Below are positions 18,715 to 28,988 of a stretch of 64,000 bases of DNA, in pieces. A program made the translations under genes and the position numbers. The DNA is from an uncultured Eubacteriales bacterium. GTDB lineage: Bacteria > Bacillota > Clostridia > Christensenellales > UBA1242. Position 1 is the first letter of the stretch. Each line of letters opens with the position of its first letter. The notes under the pieces were generated by a model. That model saw only the letters and a program-made list of their open reading frames with translations. It made no database searches and had not been told where the DNA came from. The DNA is taken from assembly GCA_948806215.1 (NCBI GenBank), contig CAQIDI010000001.1, positions 9,115 to 73,114 of the forward strand, read 5' to 3'.

Positions 18715-19449
18715 ATGCTTGATTTTGAGCAAACTTTATTACTAATTGAAAAAGCACAGAATAATGATCAAGATGCATTAAATATTTTAGTTAAAGAAAA
18801 TTCTCCGCTAATTAAAAGTGTTATTAAGCGTTATAGGAACAAAGGTGTTGAATATGAAGATTTATATCAAATAGGAAGTATGGGCTTTTTAAAGGCTATT
18901 CAGAACTTTGATAAGAATTTTAATGTAAGATTTTCCACTTATGCAGTTCCTATGATTGCAGGCGAAATTAAACGCTATTTAAGGGATAATGGATTTATTA
19001 AAGTTTCTAGAAGTGTAAAACACTTAAGCATTCAAATAAATAAGTTTGTTGAAAATTATATTGCAAAAAATTTCGAATCTCCAACAATAAATCAAATTGC
19101 TGAAGAATTTGGGATTAGTACACAAGATGCTGTGTTTGCAATGGAGAGTAACATTCAACCTTTATCGCTTTATTCACAGGTTGGTGGAGAAGGCGAGGAT
19201 AAACAACAAATGTTAATTGAGAAAATCCCGGCAGTAGAACAATTAGATAAGCAAATGGATTATTTTTTGTTGTTAAATTTAATAAAAGAACTACCGCCTA
19301 GAGATAAAAAAATTATTGTTTTGCGTTATTTTAGAGATAAAACTCAACGCGAAATAGCCGATATTTTAGGGGTTAGTCAAGTTCAGGTTAGCAGATTAGA
19401 AAATAAAATACTATCACAAATAAAGGTTAAACTATCGGATATTAATTAA
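18715..19449 (+). CDS. sigF: Sporulation sigma factor SigF
   Basis: Sigma-70 regions 2-4 (YEDLYQIGSMGFLKAIQNFD, STYAVPMIAGEIKRYLRD, QREIADILGVSQVQVSRLE). ATG at 18715 is preceded by GGAGG. The tracked ORF starts 12 nt earlier at a TTG. Confidence 0.9.
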   Translation: MLDFEQTLLLIEKAQNNDQDALNILVKENSPLIKSVIKRYRNKGVEYEDLYQIGSMGFLKAIQNFDKNFNVRFSTYAVPMIAGEIKRYLRDNGFIKVSRSVKHLSIQINKFVENYIAKNFESPTINQIAEEFGISTQDAVFAMESNIQPLSLYSQVGGEGEDKQQMLIEKIPAVEQLDKQMDYFLLLNLIKELPPRDKKIIVLRYFRDKTQREIADILGVSQVQVSRLENKILSQIKVKLSDIN

Positions 19450-19462
19450 TACTATGCATATT

Positions 19463-19496
19463 AAAAAAATAACGCTTTAAATAGCGTTATTTTTTG
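19463..19496. terminator. Bidirectional terminator (sigF / convergent lipoprotein gene)
   Basis: ataacgct / agcgttat stem flanked by A7 and T6. Confidence 0.8.
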
Positions 19497-19518
19497 TTAT
19501 TACATAATAGTTATTTAG

Positions 19519-21327
19519 TTATTCTTCTTCTGATAATAGTTCTACTTTATATTCGCTATCATCTGGTAAAGTTACTTCGTCAGAATTAACCATACTAGGT
19601 TTTGTGGAAGATTCAACCGATAATGTATTAATACCGTTATTAACTGTTCCGTGATTTATCATATCAATAATTGTGTTATAGCCATAAGTGTCAACATTTT
19701 TATTTGTTCTATTTGAATTGTTATTATAAGAATTATTCAAATTCTCATAATTTGTGCCATTGCCTGTGCCAAAACCATTAACTCCATTATTAACACCATT
19801 GTTTAAGTTGTTTTGAGTTATAATACCGTTTTGAAACATTCCGTTAGGAGCGTTTATTTTATCTTCTTCTGTTCCATAACCTAGCATATTTCCATTGTTT
19901 GCAGTTCCGTTGTTAACAATATTATTATTTGAAACATCATTATTAACTATTTCATTATTATTTAAGTTATTGTCAGAAACCACATTGTTTTGTGTTGAAT
20001 TATTAATGTTTTCTTCGTTGTTTTCTATAGTTTCTGTGTTTTCAACATTATTAATATCTTCTTTAATTTCTGGTTTATAGGTGTCCAAATTGTTAATTGT
20101 GCTTTCGTAAGTATCTATTGTTGAATTAGTTGATTCTTGTTCTGAATTAGTTAAATCTTCATTATTAATAGCAATGCTTTCTTCTTGATTTTCTGGTTTA
20201 TTTAAGCTTTCTTCGTTAGTATTATCATATGTTATATCTTCAAAATTATTTAGCTTATCTTTATTAGTTTTATTTTCAATAACATCATTGCTATTATCTT
20301 GGTTATTAGTATTATCTAAATTATTTTGTATATTATTATTATCTAAATCAACATTTTCTTCTAAATTTACATTATCTTCAAAACTATTATTTTCTTCTAA
20401 ATTGTTATTTGGAATGTTTAAATCTTTGATATTAGTATTATTATTTTCTAGTTCTGGGGTTTCAATAATATTTTGCGCTTCTTGTAAAATTCCTTTTATT
20501 TGTTCAAGGGTGGTTAACGCATTTTTTAAATAAGTTATTCTTGTATCTAAATGATTTAAAACTTTTAAATAGTTACTTTTAACAACATCTATTCCTGTTG
20601 TAATTCCTGTAGAATCGGTTTTATTAATGTTGTTAACCTCGTTACTTAATTCGCCGTTGCATCGTTTAATTCTTTTAATTGTTGTTTTAATATCGCCAAT
20701 ATAATTATTTAGTGCTGATATTTGTTGATTGCTTGGTTCAAAAGTTCCGTTTTCGATTTCTTTGTTTAAATCTTTAATTTCAACAACATAATTTAAAACA
20801 TAATTTTTACAATCCGACAGGGCATCGTTAGCTTCTATAACATCGCTGGTTATTGCATAAAGAGTTTTTACTTTACTTATATAGTTTGATAAATAGTCGC
20901 CATTTTCTAATGCGTTAATATCTTGAAGATATCTGGGATTATATTTAATAGGTTTAACATCGTAATAAAAAATATTAGTTGTGTTGTTATTAGTTAATTC
21001 TGTATTTTCTTTATTTACGTTATCTAAGTTAGCTGATTCGTTATCTAAACTTAAAGTTGCTATTTTTCTGGTTTCGGTTCTAACAGGAACAATATTAGAT
21101 AGCGCCATATTAGAGGCTTTAATTGTGTTATTAGAAATAGGATAAATATCAGGATTAGATAAATAGGAGTTGTTAATAGTATCTAAATTTTTTACTGTTG
21201 AACTTAAAACATTTAGGTTATGTGTCAAATTCTTAGAAACCGATGCTGGTGATAAATTATTTGTGCAGCCAGCAAGCAATATTGCGCCCCCAACAATAGC
21301 AGTTATTAATACTTTTGATTTTTTCAT
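19519..21327 (-). CDS. Asn-rich lipoprotein of unknown function
   Basis: MKKSKVLITAIVGGAILLAGC signal peptide with lipobox. About 290 aa likely helical N-terminal region, about 250 aa Asn/Glu/Asp low-complexity region, short C-terminal tail. Confidence 0.6.
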   Translation of the reverse strand: MKKSKVLITAIVGGAILLAGCTNNLSPASVSKNLTHNLNVLSSTVKNLDTINNSYLSNPDIYPISNNTIKASNMALSNIVPVRTETRKIATLSLDNESANLDNVNKENTELTNNNTTNIFYYDVKPIKYNPRYLQDINALENGDYLSNYISKVKTLYAITSDVIEANDALSDCKNYVLNYVVEIKDLNKEIENGTFEPSNQQISALNNYIGDIKTTIKRIKRCNGELSNEVNNINKTDSTGITTGIDVVKSNYLKVLNHLDTRITYLKNALTTLEQIKGILQEAQNIIETPELENNNTNIKDLNIPNNNLEENNSFEDNVNLEENVDLDNNNIQNNLDNTNNQDNSNDVIENKTNKDKLNNFEDITYDNTNEESLNKPENQEESIAINNEDLTNSEQESTNSTIDTYESTINNLDTYKPEIKEDINNVENTETIENNEENINNSTQNNVVSDNNLNNNEIVNNDVSNNNIVNNGTANNGNMLGYGTEEDKINAPNGMFQNGIITQNNLNNGVNNGVNGFGTGNGTNYENLNNSYNNNSNRTNKNVDTYGYNTIIDMINHGTVNNGINTLSVESSTKPSMVNSDEVTLPDDSEYKVELLSEEE

Positions 21328-21454
21328 TTCAATTCCTCCAACTTTATTATTAGTTTGGTAAAAAACAACATTTTTATTTACAAATTAAAAAAGTTTTTAA
21401 AGTATAAATTAAACATTTTTAGTTAACAATTAAATAAAATTTTGGAGATTTGTT

Positions 21455-21910
21455 ATGAAAAAAGAAAAACATTTAACTAGAAACGAACAATATAACGTTT
21501 ATGTTGAAGCAAAAATACCTAAAACAAAAAATTTCCCAACCTTAATTTATGCTTTTATTGTTGGTGGTATAATTTGTATGATTGGTCAGGGCATTTCCGA
21601 TGCGTTGATGGCAATATGGCCATCGATGAGCCAGGAAGAAGCTTCGGCTTGGATGCTTATTGTTTTAATATTTTTATCAAGTTTTTTAACTGCTTTAGGT
21701 GTTTACGACAGAATTGGCGTGTTTGCTGGAGCAGGTTCAATTGTTCCTATAACAGGTTTTTCAAACTCGATTACTAGCCCTGCTATTGAGTTTAAAAAAG
21801 AGGGGATTATATTTGGTACTTGTGTAAAAATGTTCTCTGTTGCAGGACCAGTTATTGTTTGTGGATTGGTAATTAGCTTTTTAACAGGATTAATCTATTT
21901 GTTTATTTGA
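21455..21910 (+). CDS. spoVAC: Stage V sporulation protein AC
   Basis: About 150-aa four-TM protein with GAGSIVPITGFSNS motif; followed by spoVAD and spoVAE. Confidence 0.85.
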   Translation: MKKEKHLTRNEQYNVYVEAKIPKTKNFPTLIYAFIVGGIICMIGQGISDALMAIWPSMSQEEASAWMLIVLIFLSSFLTALGVYDRIGVFAGAGSIVPITGFSNSITSPAIEFKKEGIIFGTCVKMFSVAGPVIVCGLVISFLTGLIYLFI

Positions 21911-21917
21911 GGTGAGT

Positions 21918-22928
21918 ATGAAAAATAAGATAGGCGATCAAACTATAAAATTTACCAATTGCCCACGAATTATTGGTAACTATGCAATAGTTGGCGAAAA
22001 AGAAGGTAACGGAACTTTTAAAGACTATTACGATTTTATTTTAAAAGATGATTTGTTTGGAGAAAAAACCTTTGAACACGCCGAAAGAAAAATTATTGAA
22101 CAAGCTATTTCGCAATCGATAGAAAAAGCAAAATTAAACATTAGCGATATAGATTTATTAATTGGTGGCGATTTATTAAATCAAATTATTAGTATGAGTT
22201 TTACAGCACGCTATTTTGACCGACCATTTTTAGGTGTGTATGGTGCGTGTTCTACAATGGCAGAAAGTTTGGCTATTGGCGCAGCTTTGGTTAATGCTGA
22301 ATATGTTAAAAATGTTGTTTGTTCCACTGGTAGCCATTTTTCATCGGCAGAAAGACAATATAGGTTTCCGTTAGAACTTGGAAATCAGCGACCACCAACA
22401 AGCCAATGGACAGTAACTGGTGCAGGAAGCAGCATATTATCGTTAAGTGGCGAAGGGCATAAAATAACAATGGCAACTTTTGGTAAAGTTACCGATTATG
22501 GTGTTTCTGATGTTAATAATATGGGAGCAGCAATGGCTCCAGCAGCAATGAGCACCTTAATATCGCATTTTCAGGATACAAAAACAACTCCAGATGATTA
22601 CGATTTAATTTTAACTGGAGATTTAGGTAAACTTGGTTCGGAAATATTAATGGATTTAATGGAACATAATGGTTATAAACTAGGAAAAAACTATAACGAT
22701 TGTGGACAAATGATTTTTAATAATAATCAGAAAACCTTTCAAGGGGGCAGTGGTGCAGGTTGTAGTGCTGCAGTGTTAAATTCGTTTATATTAAAAAAAA
22801 TGGATGAAGGTGTGTTTAAAAAAGTTTTATTTGCTGCAACTGGTGCACTTCTTAGCACGCTATCTAGCCAACAAGGCGATAGCATTCCTGGAATTTGTCA
22901 CGCTGTAGTAATTGAAAAAGGCAGGTAG
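21918..22928 (+). CDS. spoVAD: Stage V sporulation protein AD
   Basis: Thiolase/KAS-III-like fold typical of SpoVAD (GGDLLNQ, GACSTMAESL, GSGAGCSA). ATG at 21918 is preceded by GAGGTGA. Confidence 0.85.
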   Translation: MKNKIGDQTIKFTNCPRIIGNYAIVGEKEGNGTFKDYYDFILKDDLFGEKTFEHAERKIIEQAISQSIEKAKLNISDIDLLIGGDLLNQIISMSFTARYFDRPFLGVYGACSTMAESLAIGAALVNAEYVKNVVCSTGSHFSSAERQYRFPLELGNQRPPTSQWTVTGAGSSILSLSGEGHKITMATFGKVTDYGVSDVNNMGAAMAPAAMSTLISHFQDTKTTPDDYDLILTGDLGKLGSEILMDLMEHNGYKLGKNYNDCGQMIFNNNQKTFQGGSGAGCSAAVLNSFILKKMDEGVFKKVLFAATGALLSTLSSQQGDSIPGICHAVVIEKGR

Positions 22929-22930
22929 AA

Positions 22931-23302
22931 ATGGAAATATTTTTAACTTATTTAAAGGTTTTTGCTATTGGCGGATTAATATGTATGCTTGGGCAGATAT
23001 TAATAATAAAAACAAAAATAACAAGCTCACGAATTTTGGTAATGTTTGTTTGCATTGGCGCAGTGCTTGAAGCTTGTGGATTATACGAACCAATTGTAAC
23101 TTTTGCAAAAGCTGGTGCAACTGTTCCTATTACTGGGTTTGGCAGAAGTTTGGCAAAAGGTGCTATTCAAGGTGTTAAAGAAATGGGCTTTTTAGGAGCT
23201 TTTGCAGGTGGTCTTACTGCAACTGCAGCAGGCATTGCTTGTGCAGTTTTATTTGCGTTTGTTTTTTCATTAATATTTAGTAGCAGAACAAAAAAATTCT
23301 AA
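22931..23302 (+). CDS. spoVAE: Stage V sporulation protein AE (AEB type)
   Basis: About 120-aa membrane protein paralogous to SpoVAC (AGATVPITGFG); operon position. Confidence 0.8.
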   Translation: MEIFLTYLKVFAIGGLICMLGQILIIKTKITSSRILVMFVCIGAVLEACGLYEPIVTFAKAGATVPITGFGRSLAKGAIQGVKEMGFLGAFAGGLTATAAGIACAVLFAFVFSLIFSSRTKKF

Positions 23303-23342
23303 ACTTGTTTTAATTATTAAAATTTAATCATATATTTAATTA

Positions 23343-24014
23343 ATGGTTAAAACTCTTAAATTTAAAATTAAAAAATATAAAAAAATAATAATTGCGTGGA
23401 CGTGCATTATTATTTTTGCTTTGTTATCGGTTTTAATGCTTAAAAATGGGATTAATTCTATTATTTCAAATACTGTTGAACTAAAATCAAAGGCTTTGGC
23501 AACAAAGGCTATGAACAGTGCTATTGCTGATGTTGTTATAAATTCTATTGTTTATGAAGATTTAGTTAATATAATAACCGATGAGTTTGGAAACATTAGT
23601 ATGATTCAAGCTAATGCCTTGGAAATAAATAATTTAAGTAAAGACTTAGCTCAAACAACCGAAAATAAAATTGAAGAATATGGTAGAAGCGGAATAAGCA
23701 TTCCGTTTGGTTCGTTTACCGGAATTCCGGTTTTGGTTGGTAGAGGACCTAACATAAAATTAAAGGTTAGCCCTATTGGGGCAGTTAACTGCACATTTTT
23801 ATCGCATTTTGAAACTGCAGGTATAAACCAAACTAACCATAAAATCTATCTTAGTATTTCTGCCGATGTTGGTGTGGTTTTGCCACTTCTTAGTAAAAAA
23901 TATAACACAACTAGGCAAGTGCTAATATCCGAAAGCATAATTGTTGGACAAGTGCCAGAAGTTTATTTGTATTCCGATACATTAGATACACTTTTAAACT
24001 TTGTGCCTTATTAA
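23343..24014 (+). CDS. yunB: Sporulation protein YunB family
   Basis: N-terminal TM helix, then SIPFGSFTGIPVLVGRGPNIKLKVSPIGAV, which resembles the YunB core; size about 220 aa. Confidence 0.65.
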   Translation: MVKTLKFKIKKYKKIIIAWTCIIIFALLSVLMLKNGINSIISNTVELKSKALATKAMNSAIADVVINSIVYEDLVNIITDEFGNISMIQANALEINNLSKDLAQTTENKIEEYGRSGISIPFGSFTGIPVLVGRGPNIKLKVSPIGAVNCTFLSHFETAGINQTNHKIYLSISADVGVVLPLLSKKYNTTRQVLISESIIVGQVPEVYLYSDTLDTLLNFVPY

Positions 24015-24086
24015 TAATTTCATTGTTAATTCAAATTATTTATGTTAAAATTAAACGTAAAATTTTGGCTAAATAAGGAATTAACA

Positions 24087-25217
24087 ATGATTTTTTTAGA
24101 TAATGCAAGCACAACAAAGATTTATAACGAAGCATTGGAAGAATATGTTAACTTTAGTAGAGAAAACTATTTTAATGCATCATCGCTTTATAAAAATGGT
24201 GTTCAAGTTTCGGTTAAAGTTAATAATGCTAGAAAAACCATAATAAAGCTTCTTGGTGGAAGTGTTTTTGATAATTTAATCTTTACTTCGGGTGCTACAG
24301 AAGCCAATAACTTTGCAATTAATGGCTGTGTTAGAAAAAATATGGGAAAACTTTTATTTTCTATAGGGGAGCATCCTTCGGTTTATAATGTTGCCCTAAA
24401 TTTATTAAATATGGGTTATGATGTTGAATTTGTTAATTTAACAAAAGATGGTACAGTTGATGAAAAAGATTTTATAAACAAATTAACAGGGGCTAGTTTT
24501 GTTTCGATAATGCATATTAACAACGAAACAGGTGCAATTAATAACATAAAAAAACTAGTTCAAATTGCAAAAGCTAAAAATCCTAAAATTATTTTTCACT
24601 GCGATGGTGTGCAAGCATTTGGTAAAATTAAAGTTAATGTTTCGGCACTTGGTGTTGATTTATACACAATTAGTGCTCATAAAATTCACGGACCAAAAGG
24701 TGTGGGTGCACTTTATGTTAAAAAAGGTATTAATTTAAAGCCAATACTTTTTGGCGGTGGTCAAGAATTTAATTTAAGAAGTGGAACAGAAAACACTTGT
24801 GGAATTATTTCGTTTTGTAAGGCGTGTGAACTAGCAAACAAAAATGTTGAAAGCAATTTAGAATATGTTTCAACACTAAAAGAAGAATTTGTAAAAAACA
24901 TTACTAACAACTTTAATGTGGTAATAAATTCTTCATTAGAATCGTTACCATACATTATTTCGTTTGCTGTCCCTAAGGTTAAAGCCGAAACCATTTTACA
25001 TATGGCAGAAAACGAAGGCGTTTTAATTTCTAATGGCTCTGCTTGTTCTAGCAAGCACACAGATAACAGAATTTTAAAGGCTATGGGCGTGGAAAATAAC
25101 ATAATAGAATCTTCGGTTAGGGTAAGTTTTAGTTTTGATACAAAATTAGAAGAAGTTATTAAAGCGTGCGAAATTATTAAAAAAACCTGTTTAGGTTATA
25201 TTAAATTATTAGGATAA
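24087..25217 (+). CDS. Cysteine desulfurase (NifS/IscS class V aminotransferase)
   Basis: LDNASTT start, PLP-lysine motif SAHKIHGPKGVGALY, active-site SNGSACSS. Paired with thiI. ATG at 24087 has RBS aaggaa. Confidence 0.85.
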   Translation: MIFLDNASTTKIYNEALEEYVNFSRENYFNASSLYKNGVQVSVKVNNARKTIIKLLGGSVFDNLIFTSGATEANNFAINGCVRKNMGKLLFSIGEHPSVYNVALNLLNMGYDVEFVNLTKDGTVDEKDFINKLTGASFVSIMHINNETGAINNIKKLVQIAKAKNPKIIFHCDGVQAFGKIKVNVSALGVDLYTISAHKIHGPKGVGALYVKKGINLKPILFGGGQEFNLRSGTENTCGIISFCKACELANKNVESNLEYVSTLKEEFVKNITNNFNVVINSSLESLPYIISFAVPKVKAETILHMAENEGVLISNGSACSSKHTDNRILKAMGVENNIIESSVRVSFSFDTKLEEVIKACEIIKKTCLGYIKLLG

Positions 25218-25221
25218 AATT

Positions 25222-26388
25222 ATGAAAAAAGTTATTTTAGTTAGATTTGGTGAAATATTTTTAAAAGGAAAAAATAAACATATTTTTGAAAAATTGTTAA
25301 TACATAACATTCTTGAAAGTTTAAAAGATTTTAAAGTTAGGTTAACAAAAATTTCTGGAAGATATGTTTTAACCGATTTTGATGAAGACTATGAAAATCA
25401 AATTATTGATTATGTTTCAAAAGTTTTTGGTGTTTATTCTGTAAGCCCTTGTGTTCAGTTTGAATCTTCTCAAGAAAAGATTGAAGAGTATGTTGGTTCT
25501 TTAACTTTTAGCTCAGAAACTTTTAAAGTTGATGTTAAACGAGCAGATAAACGATTTCCTATTAACTCAACCGAATATTCTGCACATTTAGGCGGAATTA
25601 TTTTAGATAATTTTCCAAACTTAAAAGTTAAGTTAAAAAATCCGGATGTAACAGTTTATGTTGAAATTAGAGATGATGGTAATACGTATATTTATGATAA
25701 AATTATAAAGGCTGTTGGTGGAATGCCTGTTGGAAGCAGTGCGGGCGGTTTATTATTATTATCTGGCGGAATTGATAGCCCAGTTGCTGGATATATGATG
25801 GCAAAACGCGGAATGCCTTTGCACGCAATACATTTTCATAGTTTTCCATACACCAGCGAATCTGCTAAAGAAAAAGTTTTAACTCTTGCAAAACTGGTTA
25901 GTGTTTACACTGGAAACATTGTTATTTATGTTGTGCCTTTCACAAAAATTCAAGAGGAAATTCATAAACATTGCGATGGCGATTTTATGATAACTTTAAT
26001 GCGCAGATTTATGATGCGTATAAGCGAAAAAATTGCAAAAGAAAACAACTTAAAGGCAATAATAACAGGTGAGAGTTTAGCCCAAGTTGCTTCTCAAACA
26101 ATAGAAAGCATAACTGTAACAAATGGTGTTATTGAAGATTTACCTGTGCTTAGACCACTTATTGGAATGGATAAAGAAGATATTATGGAAATAAGCAAAA
26201 AAATTAACACCTACGAAACCTCAATTCTTCCTTATGAAGATTGTTGCACAGTGTTTTTACCAGAACATCCTGTAATAAAACCAAAACTAGAAAAGGTTTT
26301 AAAAGAAGAATCTAGGTTAGATGTTTTAAATTTAATTGAAGAAGCTATTAAAAATATTGAAATTTTTGAAACAAATAATATAAATTAA
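25222..26388 (+). CDS. thiI: tRNA 4-thiouridine(8) synthase ThiI
   Basis: THUMP-containing N-terminus, PP-loop LLLLSGGIDSPVAGY. Confidence 0.9.
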   Translation: MKKVILVRFGEIFLKGKNKHIFEKLLIHNILESLKDFKVRLTKISGRYVLTDFDEDYENQIIDYVSKVFGVYSVSPCVQFESSQEKIEEYVGSLTFSSETFKVDVKRADKRFPINSTEYSAHLGGIILDNFPNLKVKLKNPDVTVYVEIRDDGNTYIYDKIIKAVGGMPVGSSAGGLLLLSGGIDSPVAGYMMAKRGMPLHAIHFHSFPYTSESAKEKVLTLAKLVSVYTGNIVIYVVPFTKIQEEIHKHCDGDFMITLMRRFMMRISEKIAKENNLKAIITGESLAQVASQTIESITVTNGVIEDLPVLRPLIGMDKEDIMEISKKINTYETSILPYEDCCTVFLPEHPVIKPKLEKVLKEESRLDVLNLIEEAIKNIEIFETNNIN

Positions 26389-26412
26389 ATGCCATATAAA
26401 GGCATTTTTTTT
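26388..26412 (+). terminator. Rho-independent terminator
   Basis: aatgcc / ggcatt stem followed by T8. Confidence 0.7.
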
Positions 26413-26457
26413 AATTTTTATTAAAAAATTATTTAATGTGCAAATAATGCTAATTAA

Positions 26458-26486
26458 TTGACAAAAATTTGTGTATTATATAAAAT
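26458..26486 (+). promoter_or_regulatory. Putative sigma-A promoter for rny
   Basis: TTGACA, 17-nt spacer, TAAAAT, about 95 nt upstream of the rny start. Confidence 0.5.
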
Positions 26487-26582
26487 TAAAAGTGTAACAA
26501 ATAATTAATTAAACATAGATGTTTGTTATTATATAATTAGTAATTTGTACAATCAAAATTTAATAAAGGAGAAAATAATATT

Positions 26583-28178
26583 ATGCAAAGTGCAATGTTT
26601 AGTATTATGGCATTGTCTACTGCAAGCGCGTGCATTATTGTTGGTGTTGTTAGTGTTATTTTAGCAATTCCTGCAGGAATGGCTATTTATTATTTGATAA
26701 ATAAGAAAAAAGCAGATAAAAATAAAACTAGCGCATCCAACATAATTCAAGAAGCTTTGAACGAAGCTAAAACTGTTAAAAAAGAAGCAGTTTTAGAAGC
26801 TAGAGATGAAGTTTTTAAATTAAAATCGGAATGTGATGCAGAACTTAAAGAACGACGTGCCGAAATGCAAAGAGCAGAAAATCGTGTTAACCAACGAGAA
26901 GAGTTTATTGAGAAAAAAGAATTATTGTTGGATAGCAAAACCGAAGCAATCGAGAAAGTTAAAAAAGATTTAGAAGTTAAAGAAGAGGAAATTAAAAAAG
27001 CTATTTTAGAACAAAATAATATAACAGCTAAAATGGTGGAAGAACTAGAAAAAATATCTGGTTTATCTAAGGAAGAAGCAAAAAACAAATTAATTTCTAA
27101 ATTTGAAGATGAAGCTAAAAAAGATGCTGCAGTTATTGTTAGATCTATCGAACAAGAAGCTAAAGATGAAGCAGATAAAAAAGCAAAAAACATTATTACA
27201 TTAGCAATTCAAAAATGTGCTGCCGACACAACCAGTGAAGTAACAGTTTCTTCAGTTGCTTTACCTAACGATGAAATGAAGGGTAGAATTATTGGTAGAG
27301 AAGGTAGAAACATTAGAGCATTAGAAAGTGCTACTGGCGTTGATTTAATTATTGATGATACTCCAGATACAGTTATTCTTTCTTCGTTTGATCCAGTTAG
27401 ACGTGAAGTTGCAAGAATAGCATTAGAAAAATTAATTTTAGATGGTAGAATTCATCCAACTAGAATTGAAGAAATGGTAGAAAAAGTTACTCGCGATATT
27501 GAAGTAACTATTAAAGAAGCCGGAGAAACTGCAGCTTTTGATGCAGGTATTAATGGTTTACATCCTGAGTTAATTAAAACTTTAGGTAGATTAAAATATA
27601 GAACCAGTTATGGACAAAATGTTTTAAAACATAGCTTAGAAGTATCTTACATTGCAGGGCTTATGGCTAGTGAGCTTGGTGCAAATGTTAATGTTGCTAA
27701 GCGCGGCGGATTATTACACGATATTGGTAAAGCAGTAGATCACGAAGTTGAAGGAACACACGTTACCATTGGTGTTGATTTAGCAAGAAAATATAAAGAA
27801 TCAAAAGAAGTTATTCACTGCATCGAAGCACATCACGGTGGTGTTGAATATGAATCTATTGAAGCGATTTTAGTTCAAGCAGCCGATGCAATTTCTAGTG
27901 CTCGCCCTGGCGCGCGTCGTGAAAGTTTAGAAACTTATATTAAGCGTTTACAAAAACTTGAAGAAATTGCCAACCAATTTAAAGGCGTTGAAAAATCTTA
28001 TGCTATTCAAGCTGGTCGTGAAGTTAGAATTATTGTTAAGCCTAACGAAGTTAACGATGATCAAGCGTTGTTTATTGCAAAGGATATTGCAGCAAAAATC
28101 GAAAAAGAAATGGAATATCCTGGAACAATTAAAGTTAATGTTATTCGTGAAACAAGAAGCGTTGAATATGCAAAATAA
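26583..28178 (+). CDS. rny: Ribonuclease Y
   Basis: N-terminal TM anchor, Lys/Glu coiled-coil, KH domain ([15 protein letters not shown]), HD domain (LLHDIGKA ... HH). Confidence 0.95.
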   Translation: MQSAMFSIMALSTASACIIVGVVSVILAIPAGMAIYYLINKKKADKNKTSASNIIQEALNEAKTVKKEAVLEARDEVFKLKSECDAELKERRAEMQRAENRVNQREEFIEKKELLLDSKTEAIEKVKKDLEVKEEEIKKAILEQNNITAKMVEELEKISGLSKEEAKNKLISKFEDEAKKDAAVIVRSIEQEAKDEADKKAKNIITLAIQKCAADTTSEVTVSSVALPNDEMKGRIIGREGRNIRALESATGVDLIIDDTPDTVILSSFDPVRREVARIALEKLILDGRIHPTRIEEMVEKVTRDIEVTIKEAGETAAFDAGINGLHPELIKTLGRLKYRTSYGQNVLKHSLEVSYIAGLMASELGANVNVAKRGGLLHDIGKAVDHEVEGTHVTIGVDLARKYKESKEVIHCIEAHHGGVEYESIEAILVQAADAISSARPGARRESLETYIKRLQKLEEIANQFKGVEKSYAIQAGREVRIIVKPNEVNDDQALFIAKDIAAKIEKEMEYPGTIKVNVIRETRSVEYAK

Positions 28179-28185
28179 TAAAACA

Positions 28186-28212
28186 AAAAAGCGATTATAA
28201 ATCGCTTTTTTT
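28186..28212 (+). terminator. Rho-independent terminator
   Basis: aagcgatt / aatcgctt stem followed by T7. Confidence 0.8.
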
Positions 28213-28318
28213 GTGTCCATAATTTAATTTGGTAAATTCCACGATTTGTGGAATTTTTATTATTTAGGATTAAAGTTTTAACTTTGTTATGGTATAATAA
28301 AACATAAGAGGTACTATT

Positions 28319-28970
28319 ATGACATTAGGAGAAAAATTAAAGTTTTTACGAAATCGAGCTGGTTTAACATAAAGTGAACTTGGAAAAATTATTGGTTATA
28401 ATAATCGTGTTATATCAAAATGGGAACAAGATTTATCAATTCCGAATGCTAAAATAATTTATCAATTATCAACAATTTTCTGTGAGCCACTAGAAAATAT
28501 TTTAAACGATAATTTTAGTTACGATAATAGCATTGAAAAAGAAGAACTGCTTGATATATTACAAGAAGATGGTAGAAAAACTGGTTTTATAGCAACTAAA
28601 CAGCGTGTGCACGAGCGTGGTTTGTGGCATTACGAAGTCTCGGTTTGGATTGCTAACAGAAAGGGGGAATACTTATTAACTAAGCGTGCTAGCAATAAAG
28701 ATTTCAATCCAAACAAGTGGGGAATTGTTGCCGGACACGTTTTATCAGGGGAAGATAATATTTCTGCTATCGAACGAATTTTAAAGCGAGAGTTAAATTT
28801 AACAAAGCAAAATTATTCGTTTAAAACTTTAATGGATAAATTTTTATGAATTATTAAAATTTTTAAAAAATGAAAAAGCGTATAAATCAAAATTCGAAAA
28901 CAATGGATTTAATGAATTGTTAAGTCAAGTTGAAGATTTTTTGATTAAAAATAAAAAAAGTTCTATTTAA
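28319..28970 (+). pseudogene. Decayed XRE-family HTH / Nudix hydrolase fusion gene
   Basis: ATG at 28319 with RBS aagagg and a TGgTATAAT -10. In-frame TAA at 28370-28372 sits exactly where HTH proteins carry the conserved Gln (AGLT*SELG versus GLTQxEL). The Nudix-like part (GHVLSGEDNISAIERILKRELNL) stops at the TGA at 28847-28849. The C-terminal helix continues in the +1 frame (ELLKFLKNEKAYKSKFENNGFNELLSQVEDFLIKNKK) to the TAA at 28968-28970, followed by a terminator hairpin. Confidence 0.7.
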
Positions 28971-28988
28971 TAATAGAACTTTTTTGTT

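Noticed and set aside
19700-20450. Repetitive aat/att-rich DNA that looks superficially like a tandem-repeat or array region
   Set aside because: It is in-frame Asn/Glu/Asp low-complexity coding sequence of the lipoprotein gene. There are no regularly spaced identical repeats or spacers, so it is not a CRISPR array or satellite.
26747-27193. 148-aa antisense ORF inside rny; similar antisense or alternate-frame ORFs at 1755-2114, 5856-6038, 42004-42576, 53180-53389, 54708-54950, 58316-58645 and 62673-62954
   Set aside because: These are Ser/Phe/Leu-rich low-complexity products of reading Lys/Glu-rich or conserved genes backwards. They have no RBS, and every one is nested in a confidently identified gene.
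28236-28259. Second hairpin with a T-run (attccac/gtggaat) 25 nt after the rny terminator, as a possible small-RNA 3' end
   Set aside because: It has a short 7-bp stem, no promoter-like element between the two hairpins, and is most simply a backup terminator.
28370-28372. In-frame TAA at a conserved Gln position as possible stop-codon reassignment or programmed read-through
   Set aside because: All other genes in the window terminate normally at TAA, TAG or TGA with code 11. The same gene carries a second lesion (frame change near 28847), so ordinary pseudogenisation is the simpler explanation.
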